Shown here piece after piece: positions 25,911 through 36,035 of a DNA stretch of 64,000 nucleotides (the first letter of the stretch is position 1; each line of letters starts with the position of its first letter). Source of the stretch: a virus (lineage: Duplodnaviria; Caudoviricetes); IMG/VR virus record IMGVR_UViG_3300037424_001651, positions 1 to 64,000 of that record; one strand, written 5' to 3'. The notes beneath the pieces were generated by a model, which saw only the letters and a list, made by a program, of their open reading frames with translations, was not told the DNA's origin and searched no databases. A program made the translations under genes and the position numbers.

Positions 25911-27557
25911 GTGGCGATGTGGAAGTGGTGGCAGTGGAGCCGTGATCTAGGGTGGGTGGTAGGCGCTGTGTTCGTTTTGATCATAATTCTATGTCAATTA
26001 GCGTCTTGTCCGCGGTCCGCTGTAGGTGCAACACGAGAAAAGCTATCCAACGAAAACCATGCAGTTTACCGGGACTTCGCTGCTCGTTTCCTATGCAGCA
26101 CTCGATATACACGCACCCAAAAACTTGACAACGTGGTTACAGTCGAGGAAATTAAGGGCACGGCATGTTCCGTCGTTAGCTACAAAGATTCACGAGCAAA
26201 CTGCTTTCGCAACCTTTTTTGCGTGTGGTTGTGCTGGGCGACGAGCGGCCGAGACAGAGGAGGCGAAGTCATGATGCGACGTATACCAATAGGTGGAGTG
26301 TGTGTAGTAGCCGTTTGTGTGTTGCTTGCCGGTTCCGCGGTGGCGCAAGAAGTTGATTCTGGAGTTGATCCTGAAACCGATCCAAAAGCGTGGGAGGAAT
26401 ACGAAGACGCAGCTAAACAAGCCGGTGCTGGTGAAACTGTTGCGATGCCTGGGGACGCCGGTTGGGGCAAACCGTGGAAGCAGATGTGTGCGTCCAATGA
26501 TGATTGGTGTCCCAACATCGCGGATGGTGTGAATTCGGGTTTGCAGTGGTGTACATCACCAAAGTGTATGAACAACCATCGTAATGGGAGCTACGCGATT
26601 TATGTTGAGTGGAGCGCCTGGATCGAGGTGGATTGCGGGGCCGTAGACGGATTTGGCCAACCGGGTTTTTGGCCCGCGCAGACGATGCGCACCGAATCTT
26701 TTGGTGACGTGTTCGGCATGACGAAGTCAGGAACGAAAGAATGCGGTTTGGCGAGTGTTGACCGTGAGCATGCGGCGCAGTTGAATATCAACGCCTGCGA
26801 CCCGCGCGCAAATATATATGCAACTTGTTGGTATCGGAATAATCGCCTCATCGCTTTACGCGAGAAGATGCCAGAGGTGATAGTAGCTCCGTTGGAGGAT
26901 CAATGGTTGATTGCTGGTGCAGGTGGGTCTGTAGGCTTGGGTAAGGTGATCTTGTTGCTTCAGCGTTCAAACGCTCTCGCGACGGATGTGAATGGGGACC
27001 TCAAGCATGATCATCCGTACGAGTACATGATTCGTTATCTGCAAACCTTACACGCGAAGTGGAACAACGCACAGAAGGTCAACAAGCTCACGAAGTCCAT
27101 GGGCATTAATGGCGCGCTGGGTCAGCTTGGTTATACGGAGAAGCAGTGGGGGTACCTCAAGAAGTTCTTGGATCTGTACAAGAAGCAAGGCGAGTGGTCC
27201 TCGATCTTCGGCTTTCGCCCGGGCCGTACCGCATTTCGGATCGCGCGGCCGGGCCGCGTTGCGGAAATCGTTGCGCCACTTTATTACGGGACTATTCCGT
27301 GGGGGGAGCCGAAATTACCGGAACGTCCGAAGGGCATCACGGAGTATCCTGGGGACAAGTTGCATTGTGCATGCGGCAACTGGCCTGAATTAAAGACCAA
27401 GAAGCCGAGTGCCGCACAGACGCAGGCAGTGGCGGCTGTATTGCCTGCTGCGGCTGTTCCATTTGATCCGGCGGCGCTTATATGCGAGACAAAGAAGAAT
27501 ACCCTCGTTTGCGCGCATCCGAAGCTGCCCACTGGGACGTATCCAGGCGGAGGTTGA
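25911..27557 (+). CDS. secreted lytic-transglycosylase-like protein (second start 26271 with signal peptide)
   Basis: MRTES..T.S...CGLAS...DPRANIYA SLT-like pattern; SD GAGGAGG before 26271. Confidence 0.6.
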   Translation: MAMWKWWQWSRDLGWVVGAVFVLIIILCQLASCPRSAVGATREKLSNENHAVYRDFAARFLCSTRYTRTQKLDNVVTVEEIKGTACSVVSYKDSRANCFRNLFCVWLCWATSGRDRGGEVMMRRIPIGGVCVVAVCVLLAGSAVAQEVDSGVDPETDPKAWEEYEDAAKQAGAGETVAMPGDAGWGKPWKQMCASNDDWCPNIADGVNSGLQWCTSPKCMNNHRNGSYAIYVEWSAWIEVDCGAVDGFGQPGFWPAQTMRTESFGDVFGMTKSGTKECGLASVDREHAAQLNINACDPRANIYATCWYRNNRLIALREKMPEVIVAPLEDQWLIAGAGGSVGLGKVILLLQRSNALATDVNGDLKHDHPYEYMIRYLQTLHAKWNNAQKVNKLTKSMGINGALGQLGYTEKQWGYLKKFLDLYKKQGEWSSIFGFRPGRTAFRIARPGRVAEIVAPLYYGTIPWGEPKLPERPKGITEYPGDKLHCACGNWPELKTKKPSAAQTQAVAAVLPAAAVPFDPAALICETKKNTLVCAHPKLPTGTYPGGG

Positions 27558-27559
27558 TC

Positions 27560-28048
27560 ATGTGGTCTTTTCTTCCAGGTACGCTCAAGGAACGTATTCT
27601 GTACATTGTGATTGTCTTGTTGCTGGTCACAGTGATCGTTCTGGCGATGTCCGGGCGTGCGCAATCTGCGGATAGTCCACATCAGGTGCTGAATCTGGAG
27701 GTGTGTTTGTCGAACCTCGAAACAGCCGACATGATGAAGGATCATTACCGAAACGAGTTGAAACAAGAGCGTAAGTTGTACAAGACGGCGCTCCAGTCAC
27801 GTGAAGCTCTTTGGCAAGGGAAGTACAAACGGGTCAATCAGGAGAAAGCAGGCATCACGTGTTGGGCGGAGAATGTAGCACTGAAGCAACAGATCGAAGA
27901 CGAGAAGAATTTTTATCATTGGAGTCTCAAGTTCGGTGGCTACATCAAGGAGAAGACGCCGCGTGAGATCAAGCAGCACGAAAAGAAGGTGCAAGCTTAC
28001 GTGGACAGTTTGGATTCAGAGGAGCTTGCGAAGCTTGAAGATGACTGA
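27560..28048 (+). CDS. TM + coiled-coil protein (spanin-like architecture)
   Basis: N-terminal TM, coiled coil, directly after the SLT-like gene. Confidence 0.45.
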   Translation: MWSFLPGTLKERILYIVIVLLLVTVIVLAMSGRAQSADSPHQVLNLEVCLSNLETADMMKDHYRNELKQERKLYKTALQSREALWQGKYKRVNQEKAGITCWAENVALKQQIEDEKNFYHWSLKFGGYIKEKTPREIKQHEKKVQAYVDSLDSEELAKLEDD

Positions 28049-28257
28049 GGTGTGCGGCGGCAGACGAGGATACATTGAAGACGCGCGAGGTGGTCGTTTC
28101 GGGCAACTTAAACGTACTGCGTGTCCTACTGGGTTGTGTGCCACGTACACCGTCGATGTCGAGATTTACGACTGGCCCGAAATTTGACTTTCGGTAGCCT
28201 GGTCTGCTACAACAGTGATCGACACGGGCGACCATCCGCCTGAAAACCAACCACGCA

Positions 28258-28284
28258 GCCCCGCTCGGCGAAAGCTGACGGGGC
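28258..28284. terminator. GC hairpin with GAAA loop between convergent genes
   Basis: GCCCCG-C-TCGGC-GAAA-GCTGA-CGGGGC; no clear U tract. Confidence 0.4.
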
Positions 28285-28300
28285 ACACGTATTTCTGGGG

Positions 28301-29590
28301 TTAGAGCTTTTTCGGATCTACTAGAAGTTGGACCTTGTTGGTTGACCGTGCTTCGTCCCCGACCTTACTGGCCTGAATCTTCGATATGATCTCTTCGCTA
28401 TCGAGCTGCTCCACGGCAGCGTGTGCGTACTTGACGTCGACGGAGCGTTTCACAATTTCGCGGAAGGGGACAAGGTCACCTCGTTTGTATTCTGATTCCT
28501 TCAACCATGCTTTGATCCGTTGCGCGGCTCGGACGAAGTCTGAGTCGCTCATCATCTGGATGAGGTACTCTTCGATGACGTCGATGCAGCGATAGGTCAT
28601 GGGTGCGACCCGGTCCGTCACGAGGCTGCTGTAGACTGTGCGATGCTGCATCGAGGCTGCGTATAGCGCTGCAATCTTGTGAGCGTGTGTGGCGTTGCGC
28701 TCGATAAGGGATCCGTAACTACGGTCGACTTCATTGCCGCGTTTCTCTACCCATAAGGAGAGTTCAGCCAGCGCGTCGTCTGCTTCCTTCGAGGCGTGTA
28801 GCACACGTTGGGCTGCTGACCACTTCGCGATCTGGAGCAGCCCATCCTGTAGCCTGTTGAGGTCGTCTGGGTAGTATCGCGGGCGGCGCATCCACTTCTT
28901 CCGGTCCCCGGCCACGAAGAACATCCTCGACAAAAAGCCCGACCGGAAGTCCAAGTCCCTCAGATGTCGGTCGAGCAGGTCAAGGGCGGCTCCCCCGATC
29001 ATGTTGATGCGAGGATCCTCGATCTTCTCGTCGCCCTTGCCGCGGGTCACGCGCCCGCTCGTCTCGCCGTCGAACAAATCCATCAACTGCGTCTTCATTG
29101 ACCGCGCGTACTTCTGGTCAAGCTGGGCAAGAAACGACGGAAATTCCGGGATCACCATGATGCACTGCGGCTGCTGCGCAATCTTGCTGTAGATTGCCTC
29201 CGGCGACCCCGACCATGGAACGAGGAAGTAGGAGAAGTTCCGAGCCAAGACCTTCCGTACAAGGTTCACGGCCGTTGATTTCCGCTGCTTGGCGCTCGTC
29301 CCAGCCGTCAGTATCCACATATTGAGCGGAATGGGTGCGTCGTCTGGCGTGGGCTGGAAGACGCAGTTCGCGCCGACCACCGTGGCTAGGCAAGCCAAGC
29401 CCGAGGCGATATGGTAGATGGGCGGCGCGTCCGTGACCTCCAGCGCGTAATTCATGAAATCGCGCAGCCAACCTACCCCGGGGACCAGCTTGCGCCAGTC
29501 GTAGCCGTACGCTTCCGCGAGACAGCTATCGCATCGACAATCGTTAGGGTGATAATTCTTTCGCCGCCGACCCGACGCACGGCTTGTCAT
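28301..29590 (-). CDS. DUF3987 (YfjI-like) replication ATPase/helicase
   Basis: DAP..Y.IA, LN.WIL..G.S...KST, GSPEA, DLFDG, SGFLSRMFF. Confidence 0.8.
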   Translation of the reverse strand: MTSRASGRRRKNYHPNDCRCDSCLAEAYGYDWRKLVPGVGWLRDFMNYALEVTDAPPIYHIASGLACLATVVGANCVFQPTPDDAPIPLNMWILTAGTSAKQRKSTAVNLVRKVLARNFSYFLVPWSGSPEAIYSKIAQQPQCIMVIPEFPSFLAQLDQKYARSMKTQLMDLFDGETSGRVTRGKGDEKIEDPRINMIGGAALDLLDRHLRDLDFRSGFLSRMFFVAGDRKKWMRRPRYYPDDLNRLQDGLLQIAKWSAAQRVLHASKEADDALAELSLWVEKRGNEVDRSYGSLIERNATHAHKIAALYAASMQHRTVYSSLVTDRVAPMTYRCIDVIEEYLIQMMSDSDFVRAAQRIKAWLKESEYKRGDLVPFREIVKRSVDVKYAHAAVEQLDSEEIISKIQASKVGDEARSTNKVQLLVDPKKL

Positions 29591-29930
29591 GAACTTAGAT
29601 CCTTGATGACATATAGTTTGGTCTGTTCTCCTTGCGTATTAGGCGGGTTACACCAGTTCTGATTTTCGCCACCGACCCCTCCGTTGAAACGATTTACCGT
29701 CATCAGAACTCCTTCTTTTGTGTAGGAAGTGAGAGACTTGATGCGCGACTCCATCTTTGTTGTACAGAAGACGAGAGCCGCCGTTGTTTTCGTGTGCTAA
29801 TTTGAAATCTTGTGTTGTTTTCGCAGGTTAGACAGGTTGCTGACCCGTTTTCGGGCGACGTGTAGCTTATTCTCGGGGGGCAGTTTCCCGAGCTGCGTTC
29901 AATAGCATTCATCTGTTCCAATCACCTGTC

Positions 29931-31646
29931 TTGGTGGATACCCACAGTGTGGGGGATCTACGAACATACAGAAACCGGTTGTCGGATGTCAAGAATCCGT
30001 CTGGGGTTTTTTTATGGTCATGTCGTTTTTTTGTTGACGGCTTTGCAAAGGTCGTGGTACTAAGTTTTCTTGCGATGCGGAGGCGTCCAAATCGCAGGCA
30101 AGGTTGGTTGGAGGATGGTTTGGATTGGGTAAAGACTCGTCTTAGCCCACGGGAGCGGTCGCGCCTCGAAGGCGTACCCGGCGTCGTGGTTGGGGAAGGT
30201 TGGGACAAGGTACACCTTTCTCATTTCCCGTTGATCGAACGGGAACTCGGCACGGCCGCCGCGCCTGAGGATGTGCGTCTCAGACCGTATCAAGCGGAAG
30301 GCGTAGCATTCTTACTAGCGCGTGAGGGAGCACTCCTTGCTGACTCGTGCGGCCTTGGCAAAACCAGACAGGTGTTAGGGGCGACCCGGAAGTTTCCGGT
30401 TGTCGTGGTGGGACCGAAAATCGCAGTACGCGAGCGAGGGGTCTGGTTTGCCGAGGCGCGCGAGTTTTTTCCCGATGCTGAGTACGCCGCGTTGACGGGT
30501 CGTCAACAAGATCGTGCACTCCCCAAGGCCGACTTCTATTTACTTAACTATGACATCCTTCATCATCGGTGGGGCCAGTTCCTTACGGATGGTATCGGTA
30601 CACTGATCGTCGATGAGGCGCACAAAATCGGTAACCTCAAGACTCAGCGTTCTAGGGCAGTGCAGGCGTTATCAGGTTGCGCAGAAGTTGTGTACGCCGT
30701 GACAGCTACACCGATGCCGAATCGTCCCGCGAATTTGTATTCCTTACTGCACTTGATCAATTCAGGTGCGTGGGGCGGGTTCTGGGACTTCGCTAAGCGC
30801 TATGCCGACGCTCGACCGAACTACTACGGAATGGAGGCCAAGGGCCTCTCGAACAAGGAAGAGCTGCGCGCACGCCTTCAGGCTGTGATGCTCCAGCGTT
30901 TCTGGTACGAGGTTTCTGATCAGGTTCCGTCAGTGGCGCGTGAGCGCATGATCGTAGACCTCGATCCGAAAGCGCGTAGGCGCTATAAGCAGATCGAGGC
31001 CGACCTGCGACAAGCGGTGAAGCAGCGGACCAAGGCGGCTAAGCTTCAGCAGATCACTGCACTGCGTAAGTTCTGTGGGCTTGAGAAGGCCAAGGCTGTG
31101 GCCGAGTTCGTGATAGACCGCGTACCGGAAGAGTCGGTCGTCATTTGGATATGGCATCATGAAGTAGCCGACGAGATTGCTACCTTGCTTACAAAGCGAG
31201 GCATCGAGTCCGTGCAGGTGACGGGGGCCGAATCGGGCAAGGCCCGCGATGTTGCCATCGAGCGTTTCCAGACGAAGACAGTGCCCGTTATGCTGGCACA
31301 GTACGAGGCAGCAGGCGTCTCAGCCGATTTCACAGCCGCACGCCTTGCCGTCTTCTGTGAGTTGGACTGGCTCAACATCAATATTCAGCAGGCCGAGGGG
31401 CGCACATGGCGTTGGAAGCAGACTCGCGGCTGTTTGATGTACTACTTCATCGTCGAGGACTCCATCGAAGAGATGATCCTTGATTACTTATGGAAGAAGG
31501 CGTCGTTCACGGCCGATGCGCTCGGCGACGGAAGCCAGATCGACGTACTCAGCCAGATTGACGAGCGGGCAAACGTGGACCCGCGTGGGGAGATCCTCGA
31601 CATGATCGAGGAAATGGTTGCGAAGGGGTTGGATGTCGAAGCATGA
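29931..31646 (+). CDS. SNF2-family (HARP-like) helicase; start uncertain (possibly 30076)
   Basis: LRPYQ, ADSCGLGKT, DEAH, TATPMPN, QAEGRTWR. Confidence 0.92.
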   Translation: MVDTHSVGDLRTYRNRLSDVKNPSGVFLWSCRFFVDGFAKVVVLSFLAMRRRPNRRQGWLEDGLDWVKTRLSPRERSRLEGVPGVVVGEGWDKVHLSHFPLIERELGTAAAPEDVRLRPYQAEGVAFLLAREGALLADSCGLGKTRQVLGATRKFPVVVVGPKIAVRERGVWFAEAREFFPDAEYAALTGRQQDRALPKADFYLLNYDILHHRWGQFLTDGIGTLIVDEAHKIGNLKTQRSRAVQALSGCAEVVYAVTATPMPNRPANLYSLLHLINSGAWGGFWDFAKRYADARPNYYGMEAKGLSNKEELRARLQAVMLQRFWYEVSDQVPSVARERMIVDLDPKARRRYKQIEADLRQAVKQRTKAAKLQQITALRKFCGLEKAKAVAEFVIDRVPEESVVIWIWHHEVADEIATLLTKRGIESVQVTGAESGKARDVAIERFQTKTVPVMLAQYEAAGVSADFTAARLAVFCELDWLNINIQQAEGRTWRWKQTRGCLMYYFIVEDSIEEMILDYLWKKASFTADALGDGSQIDVLSQIDERANVDPRGEILDMIEEMVAKGLDVEA

Positions 31647-31672
31647 ACATTGTCCTGTGGGTGTGGTAAAGC

Positions 31673-32677
31673 GTGGGCGCGATGGACAGCGTGGCTGGAA
31701 CTAGCGGCAAGCGTATCATCCTGGACAGCGAGTGGGACATAGCGCCCCTCGATGTGCTCATGGACGACTTGTTGGATTCCGACCGCCGTGGCGGCCCAAC
31801 GCCGCATGGGTGGCACAAGTGGAATGATCTCTTACAGTGTCCGCGTAAGTACGATCTTCTCTACAACCAGAACCGTGCACCGATGGCGCGTAGCAACGCA
31901 CTGGAGTTCGGAGGCCTTATTCACGAGTGCCTCGCACTCTACTATGAAGAAATCGATGCGTTCATGGCAGAGGTCGATAACACGCGAGCCGACCGGTTAT
32001 ACGCTGCGTTCTGCGACGAGCCGCGCTGGATCCGTTTGCTTACTGGTATCCTTGATTCAGGCGTCGAGTCGTACATGGAGATAGCGCAAGACGTCAAACG
32101 CCTCATGGACGCTTACATCGGCTTCTATCCCATGCTCCAGGATCCGTTCTTGCAGCATGAGGTTGTCGCCGTCGAGGAGTTCGTGGAGGTCCAGGGGACC
32201 TTCCCCTTCACGTCACGCATCGATCTTGTCTACCGTACCGTGGGTGGTTTGTGGATCGTGGATCACAAGAGTTCGCGCGCGATGGGACAAGACTTGACCT
32301 CGGGCTGGGCGATCAACGGCCAGATGCTCGGCTTGGCTTATGCAGCCACACATCACTGGCCCGACGAACCGATACTGGGCCTCATCATCAATGTCCTGGT
32401 GCGGACCAAGACGCCGCAGTTCAAGCGGGTAACGTTACCGTTGCGCCGGGATCTGATTGGTGAGTGGATTACGAAAATGGAGATTTGGTTGAACAGCATA
32501 TTGCCGCAGTACGAAACGACGGGCTGGCCGCCGAATTATGCCTCATGCATACACCGTTACGGTCGTTGCCCCTTCTATTCGTATTGCGAAGCCGGGGAAG
32601 CTGATGCGTTGCTGGACGAGCCGCCACGACCGATGCTGGAAATCGATACTGACAACATCGACGACATCGAGGTGTAA
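31673..32677 (+). CDS. PD-(D/E)XK RecB/Cas4-like exonuclease
   Basis: QCPRKY, GGLIHE, RIDLV..IVDHKS, C...GRCPF...C. Confidence 0.88.
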   Translation: MGAMDSVAGTSGKRIILDSEWDIAPLDVLMDDLLDSDRRGGPTPHGWHKWNDLLQCPRKYDLLYNQNRAPMARSNALEFGGLIHECLALYYEEIDAFMAEVDNTRADRLYAAFCDEPRWIRLLTGILDSGVESYMEIAQDVKRLMDAYIGFYPMLQDPFLQHEVVAVEEFVEVQGTFPFTSRIDLVYRTVGGLWIVDHKSSRAMGQDLTSGWAINGQMLGLAYAATHHWPDEPILGLIINVLVRTKTPQFKRVTLPLRRDLIGEWITKMEIWLNSILPQYETTGWPPNYASCIHRYGRCPFYSYCEAGEADALLDEPPRPMLEIDTDNIDDIEV

Positions 32678-32680
32678 CGG

Positions 32681-33319
32681 ATGGATTGGAAAAAAGAACC
32701 GATTCTGTACGTGGATACTGAAACGACTGGTGTGAACCCGGAGGCGGATCGCATCGTCGAGCTTGCAATGGCACTCATGATGGATGGTGACGTGCGCTGG
32801 TCGTACGTTACGCTCGTCAATCCCGAGATGCCTATCCCGGAGGGCGCAGCCGCGGTCCATAAGATCCACGACGAGGACGTGACCAACGCCCCAATCTTCG
32901 CCGAGATCATGGAGATGGTTGGCTTGTGCATGGACTATCGCATCTGCGGCGCGTACAACGCACCGTTCGACAAGAACATCATCAAGGGCGAGTTTCACCG
33001 GTGCGGTGTTGATTTCGAGAAGGACTTTTGGATCGACCCGCTTGTGGTGGCGAAGCACTTCGTTACCATGCGCGGACGCGGTGTCCATCGGTTGGATACC
33101 ATGGCTTCCCGACTCGGCATCGATCTTGGTGACGCAGCACATACGGCCGCCGCAGATACCATCGCAGCCGGGAAGGTCATGCACTACTACGCAAACAAGC
33201 TCCCGGACGATCTCGACGCTTACGTGGAGTTGCAGAGTTTGTGGGCTGAACAACAGTGGTCTGAGTGGGTGGCTTATTGCGCACGTGCCGGGCGTAACCC
33301 AGGCAAGCGTTACCACTGA
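32681..33319 (+). CDS. DEDDh 3'-5' exonuclease (DnaQ-like)
   Basis: DTETTG, AYNAPFD, HTAAAD. Confidence 0.93.
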   Translation: MDWKKEPILYVDTETTGVNPEADRIVELAMALMMDGDVRWSYVTLVNPEMPIPEGAAAVHKIHDEDVTNAPIFAEIMEMVGLCMDYRICGAYNAPFDKNIIKGEFHRCGVDFEKDFWIDPLVVAKHFVTMRGRGVHRLDTMASRLGIDLGDAAHTAAADTIAAGKVMHYYANKLPDDLDAYVELQSLWAEQQWSEWVAYCARAGRNPGKRYH

Positions 33320-33330
33320 AGGAGAAGAAT

Positions 33331-33813
33331 ATGCACGACGCAACACTAGAACGCGTACAAAAGGTTGATCCTTTTATGGATGACGCCCTCATGCGCGCCG
33401 ATCTGAAGACAATGTCGGTAAGCGCAGTGGGTGGCGGCTATGTGATCCTCAAGGCACTGGAAAAGGTGTTAAAGAGCCGCCTTGCTACGTTCAAAGAGGT
33501 ACTCAAAACACAAGTCAAACCCGGCACGAAGCTGGACGAGTCGCTGTTTTACATCAACCACATCAAGGTGCAGGGCCAACCGGTCTTGTCCTTTGCCAAG
33601 GTGCGCGCGCTTCAAGTGAATTGCAAACTGCCGGAGGACAAAGTCTTCCTCGTTCCGCCTATCGAGCGCCGAACGGTCGACCTCGATTTTTTACGCGCCA
33701 ACGTTCCTGCGGCGAAGCTGGATGCGTGCTACGAGACATCCGGCGAGACAACACAAATACGGCAAGGTGCGAAGGGTGATCTGAAGAAGCGCCTTGCCGA
33801 AGTTATCCGGTAG
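33331..33813 (+). CDS. hypothetical protein
   Basis: SD AAGGAG; position within the recombination module. Confidence 0.65.
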   Translation: MHDATLERVQKVDPFMDDALMRADLKTMSVSAVGGGYVILKALEKVLKSRLATFKEVLKTQVKPGTKLDESLFYINHIKVQGQPVLSFAKVRALQVNCKLPEDKVFLVPPIERRTVDLDFLRANVPAAKLDACYETSGETTQIRQGAKGDLKKRLAEVIR

Positions 33814-34566
33814 GTGAATGTGGGCGCACAAGCAACACGGGGGCCGATCCTTGACAACGTCTACAACACACGCGATATGACCATCAGTGTTATCCGCGGC
33901 TTGAGCTATGGCCGCACTGGTGTCGGCAAAACCTACTTCGGTGGGACCTTCCCGCGACCCCTGTTTCTGAGTGCGCAGACCGAAGGTGGCATCGTCACCC
34001 TGCGTAACAAGGGTGTGGATGCTATTGACATCTATGACTCCACCGATATGCTCAATGCGCTGCAAGAACTGCGCGCGCTGGCGAATGTGGGCAAGCTGAC
34101 GGATCGCTGGAGCACGCTGGTCATCGACTCCATCACTCTCTACTGCGAACAGTACATCAACGAGCTGGTGGAGCAAGTGCCGGGCAACCGCAAGATGATG
34201 CGGCGGGTAGACTGGGGTCAACTCGATAGCCACCTGCGCACCCTCACGGTCATGGCACACGAGTTGCCCATGAACGTGTGGTGGATGGCGCTGGAGGACC
34301 ACGAGAAGGACGGCGAGACTGGGAAGGTAGTTAGCGCGTACCCGATGCTGTACGGCAAACGGTCCGCGAAGATTCTGGCGAGCATGGATGTGGTCCTGTG
34401 GCACGAGATGGTCAAGACCGGGAAGAACCTGGACAATATCTACCGGTGTCACACCCAGCCGTATCTGTACTACGACGCAAAAGATCGTTTCGGTGCATTA
34501 CCAAGTTCAATGGATAACCCAAGCTATCAGAAGATGGCGGATGCCATTGGGCTGCAACAACCCTAA
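33814..34566 (+). CDS. AAA_24 / Sak4-like ATPase (annealase)
   Basis: YGRTGVGKT, LVIDSIT, WGQL, AKDR. Confidence 0.85.
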   Translation: MNVGAQATRGPILDNVYNTRDMTISVIRGLSYGRTGVGKTYFGGTFPRPLFLSAQTEGGIVTLRNKGVDAIDIYDSTDMLNALQELRALANVGKLTDRWSTLVIDSITLYCEQYINELVEQVPGNRKMMRRVDWGQLDSHLRTLTVMAHELPMNVWWMALEDHEKDGETGKVVSAYPMLYGKRSAKILASMDVVLWHEMVKTGKNLDNIYRCHTQPYLYYDAKDRFGALPSSMDNPSYQKMADAIGLQQP

Positions 34567-34589
34567 CTCTGTACGAGGAGGTACGAGAG

Positions 34590-35171
34590 ATGCCGAAGAT
34601 TGGACTAGACCTGACAACCGTGGACGCCGTCAGTGGCGGTGGCTTCGTCAACGAGATCCTGCCGCCTGAGCAGGGTCCGTACGTCTTGCGGGTCAAAGAA
34701 GCAGTCGAGCAAAAGAGCAAGGCCGGGAACCCCATGGCCGTGTTCGACTTCGAGGTCGTGGAGAACCACGGCCAGGAAGCTGACGAGTTCGTGGACCACA
34801 GCGGGAAGACCTTCCGCCAGTGGTATCCGCTCATCCCCCGCCAGCCCATGGTCGGCCGGATCAAGGCACTTGCAAATGCTTGCGATGTGCCGTACGATAG
34901 GCAGGGTCTGGACTTGGACGACTTTTTGGATGCGGTACTCGAATGCGATTTGACGGTCGACACCAGCGGCGATGGCCGGGAGTACAACAGGATCGAGAAT
35001 CCTCGGCTCCCCCCTGCGGCTGGCGGCGATGTGGGAGGGGACGACCCCGGTGAGGATGCGAATCCCCCAGCGGAGACTCCCGCAACCAGCTCACAAGCTC
35101 GGCGTGCACCGAGCCGTGGGCGGACGGCCACGACGCGTCAACCGAGTCCTCCGCGCCGGAACGTCCGGTAG
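34590..35171 (+). CDS. DUF669-like phage SSB
   Basis: LPP..GPY..RVKE...KSKAGNPM...FEV; low-complexity tail; follows the Sak4-like gene. Confidence 0.8.
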   Translation: MPKIGLDLTTVDAVSGGGFVNEILPPEQGPYVLRVKEAVEQKSKAGNPMAVFDFEVVENHGQEADEFVDHSGKTFRQWYPLIPRQPMVGRIKALANACDVPYDRQGLDLDDFLDAVLECDLTVDTSGDGREYNRIENPRLPPAAGGDVGGDDPGEDANPPAETPATSSQARRAPSRGRTATTRQPSPPRRNVR

Positions 35172-35176
35172 GAAGA

Positions 35177-35361
35177 GCCACGTCTCCCGGTGGCGGCGAG
35201 CTTCGGCTTGTCCGTCGCGCGGGTTTTCGTGGAGGCAGGGTCAGGGACAAGAACGGGGATTGCGCTTCGGCGCATAACCGGTCCCCCGGGTGACCGAGTC
35301 TTCAGCATGGCGGGCTGGAGGTGCTCGGTCACCTGCTCCACGTAATTCCGAACACGGGAGG
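35177..35361 (+). ncRNA. candidate multi-branched structured RNA
   Basis: Four hairpins, two cUUCGg loops, long-range closing stem. Confidence 0.55.
35233..35250 (-). repeat. dispersed intergenic motif, copy 3
   Basis: Reverse complement TTGTCCCTGACCCTGCCT, identical to copy 1. Confidence 0.85.
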
Positions 35362-35366
35362 ATTAG

Positions 35367-35909
35367 GTGCGCATCGCATTTGATGTGGATGGCGTCCTGC
35401 GTGATCTGATGGCGGTCTACGCGCCGCACGTCGACCACAGTGTGGACGAGATTACGACTTACGATTCCGCGCTGAACTTCGCAGGCGGATTGGACCAGTT
35501 CCTGGAGCTGCTGGACGGTCAGCGCTGCTGGACGCTGGCCAAACCGCATCCGCACTTGCTCGGATTGTACAAGCACATCGAGGCCCACGGCCATACGATC
35601 CTCATCGCTACGGCCATCAGCACTGAGGCGGGGCGGCAAGGCACATTGGAGTGGCTTTGCAAGCACGATGTCAACTACGACGAGCTTCACTTCTGCGTAG
35701 ATAAGCTCCAGGTCCGGTTTGACGCCATCATCGAGGATTACCCCAGCATGGCCCTTGCGGCGGCACGCGCAGGCTGTGCGGCGTTCCTGGTCCACCGACC
35801 GTGGACCGCGAATGTGGAAATCAAGCATCCGAACTTGTTCAGGCTGCCGCCGGACGAGGCTGCGCTTGGTATGGTGATGGAGGTACTGGACGGGCGCAGC
35901 GGTAAGTAG
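35367..35909 (+). CDS. HAD 5'(3')-deoxyribonucleotidase (NT5C-like)
   Basis: FDVDGVL, IATA, WL..H, IIED. Confidence 0.88.
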   Translation: MRIAFDVDGVLRDLMAVYAPHVDHSVDEITTYDSALNFAGGLDQFLELLDGQRCWTLAKPHPHLLGLYKHIEAHGHTILIATAISTEAGRQGTLEWLCKHDVNYDELHFCVDKLQVRFDAIIEDYPSMALAAARAGCAAFLVHRPWTANVEIKHPNLFRLPPDEAALGMVMEVLDGRSGK

Positions 35910-36002
35910 TCCTTGCACGGCAAGGCGAACGGAGAACGATCTGTCCTGCACGGGTGCGGGTCACGATACCTCGCCTCCGTTCGCCTTGCGGCACAGGGAC
36001 AC

Positions 36003-36020
36003 TTGTCTCTGACCCTGCCT
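36003..36020 (+). repeat. dispersed intergenic motif, copy 4
   Basis: TTGTCTCTGACCCTGCCT. Confidence 0.8.
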
Positions 36021-36035
36021 GTGGAGGTTACGGTA

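Noticed and set aside
28188-28300. Ribozyme or riboswitch in the convergent gap
   Set aside because: Only one strong GNRA hairpin and no hammerhead, HDV or twister core that I could identify; kept as a possible terminator.
31673-32677. Cas4-like nuclease as evidence of CRISPR-Cas
   Set aside because: No repeat-spacer array or other cas gene. It sits in a standard phage exonuclease-Sak4-SSB recombination module.
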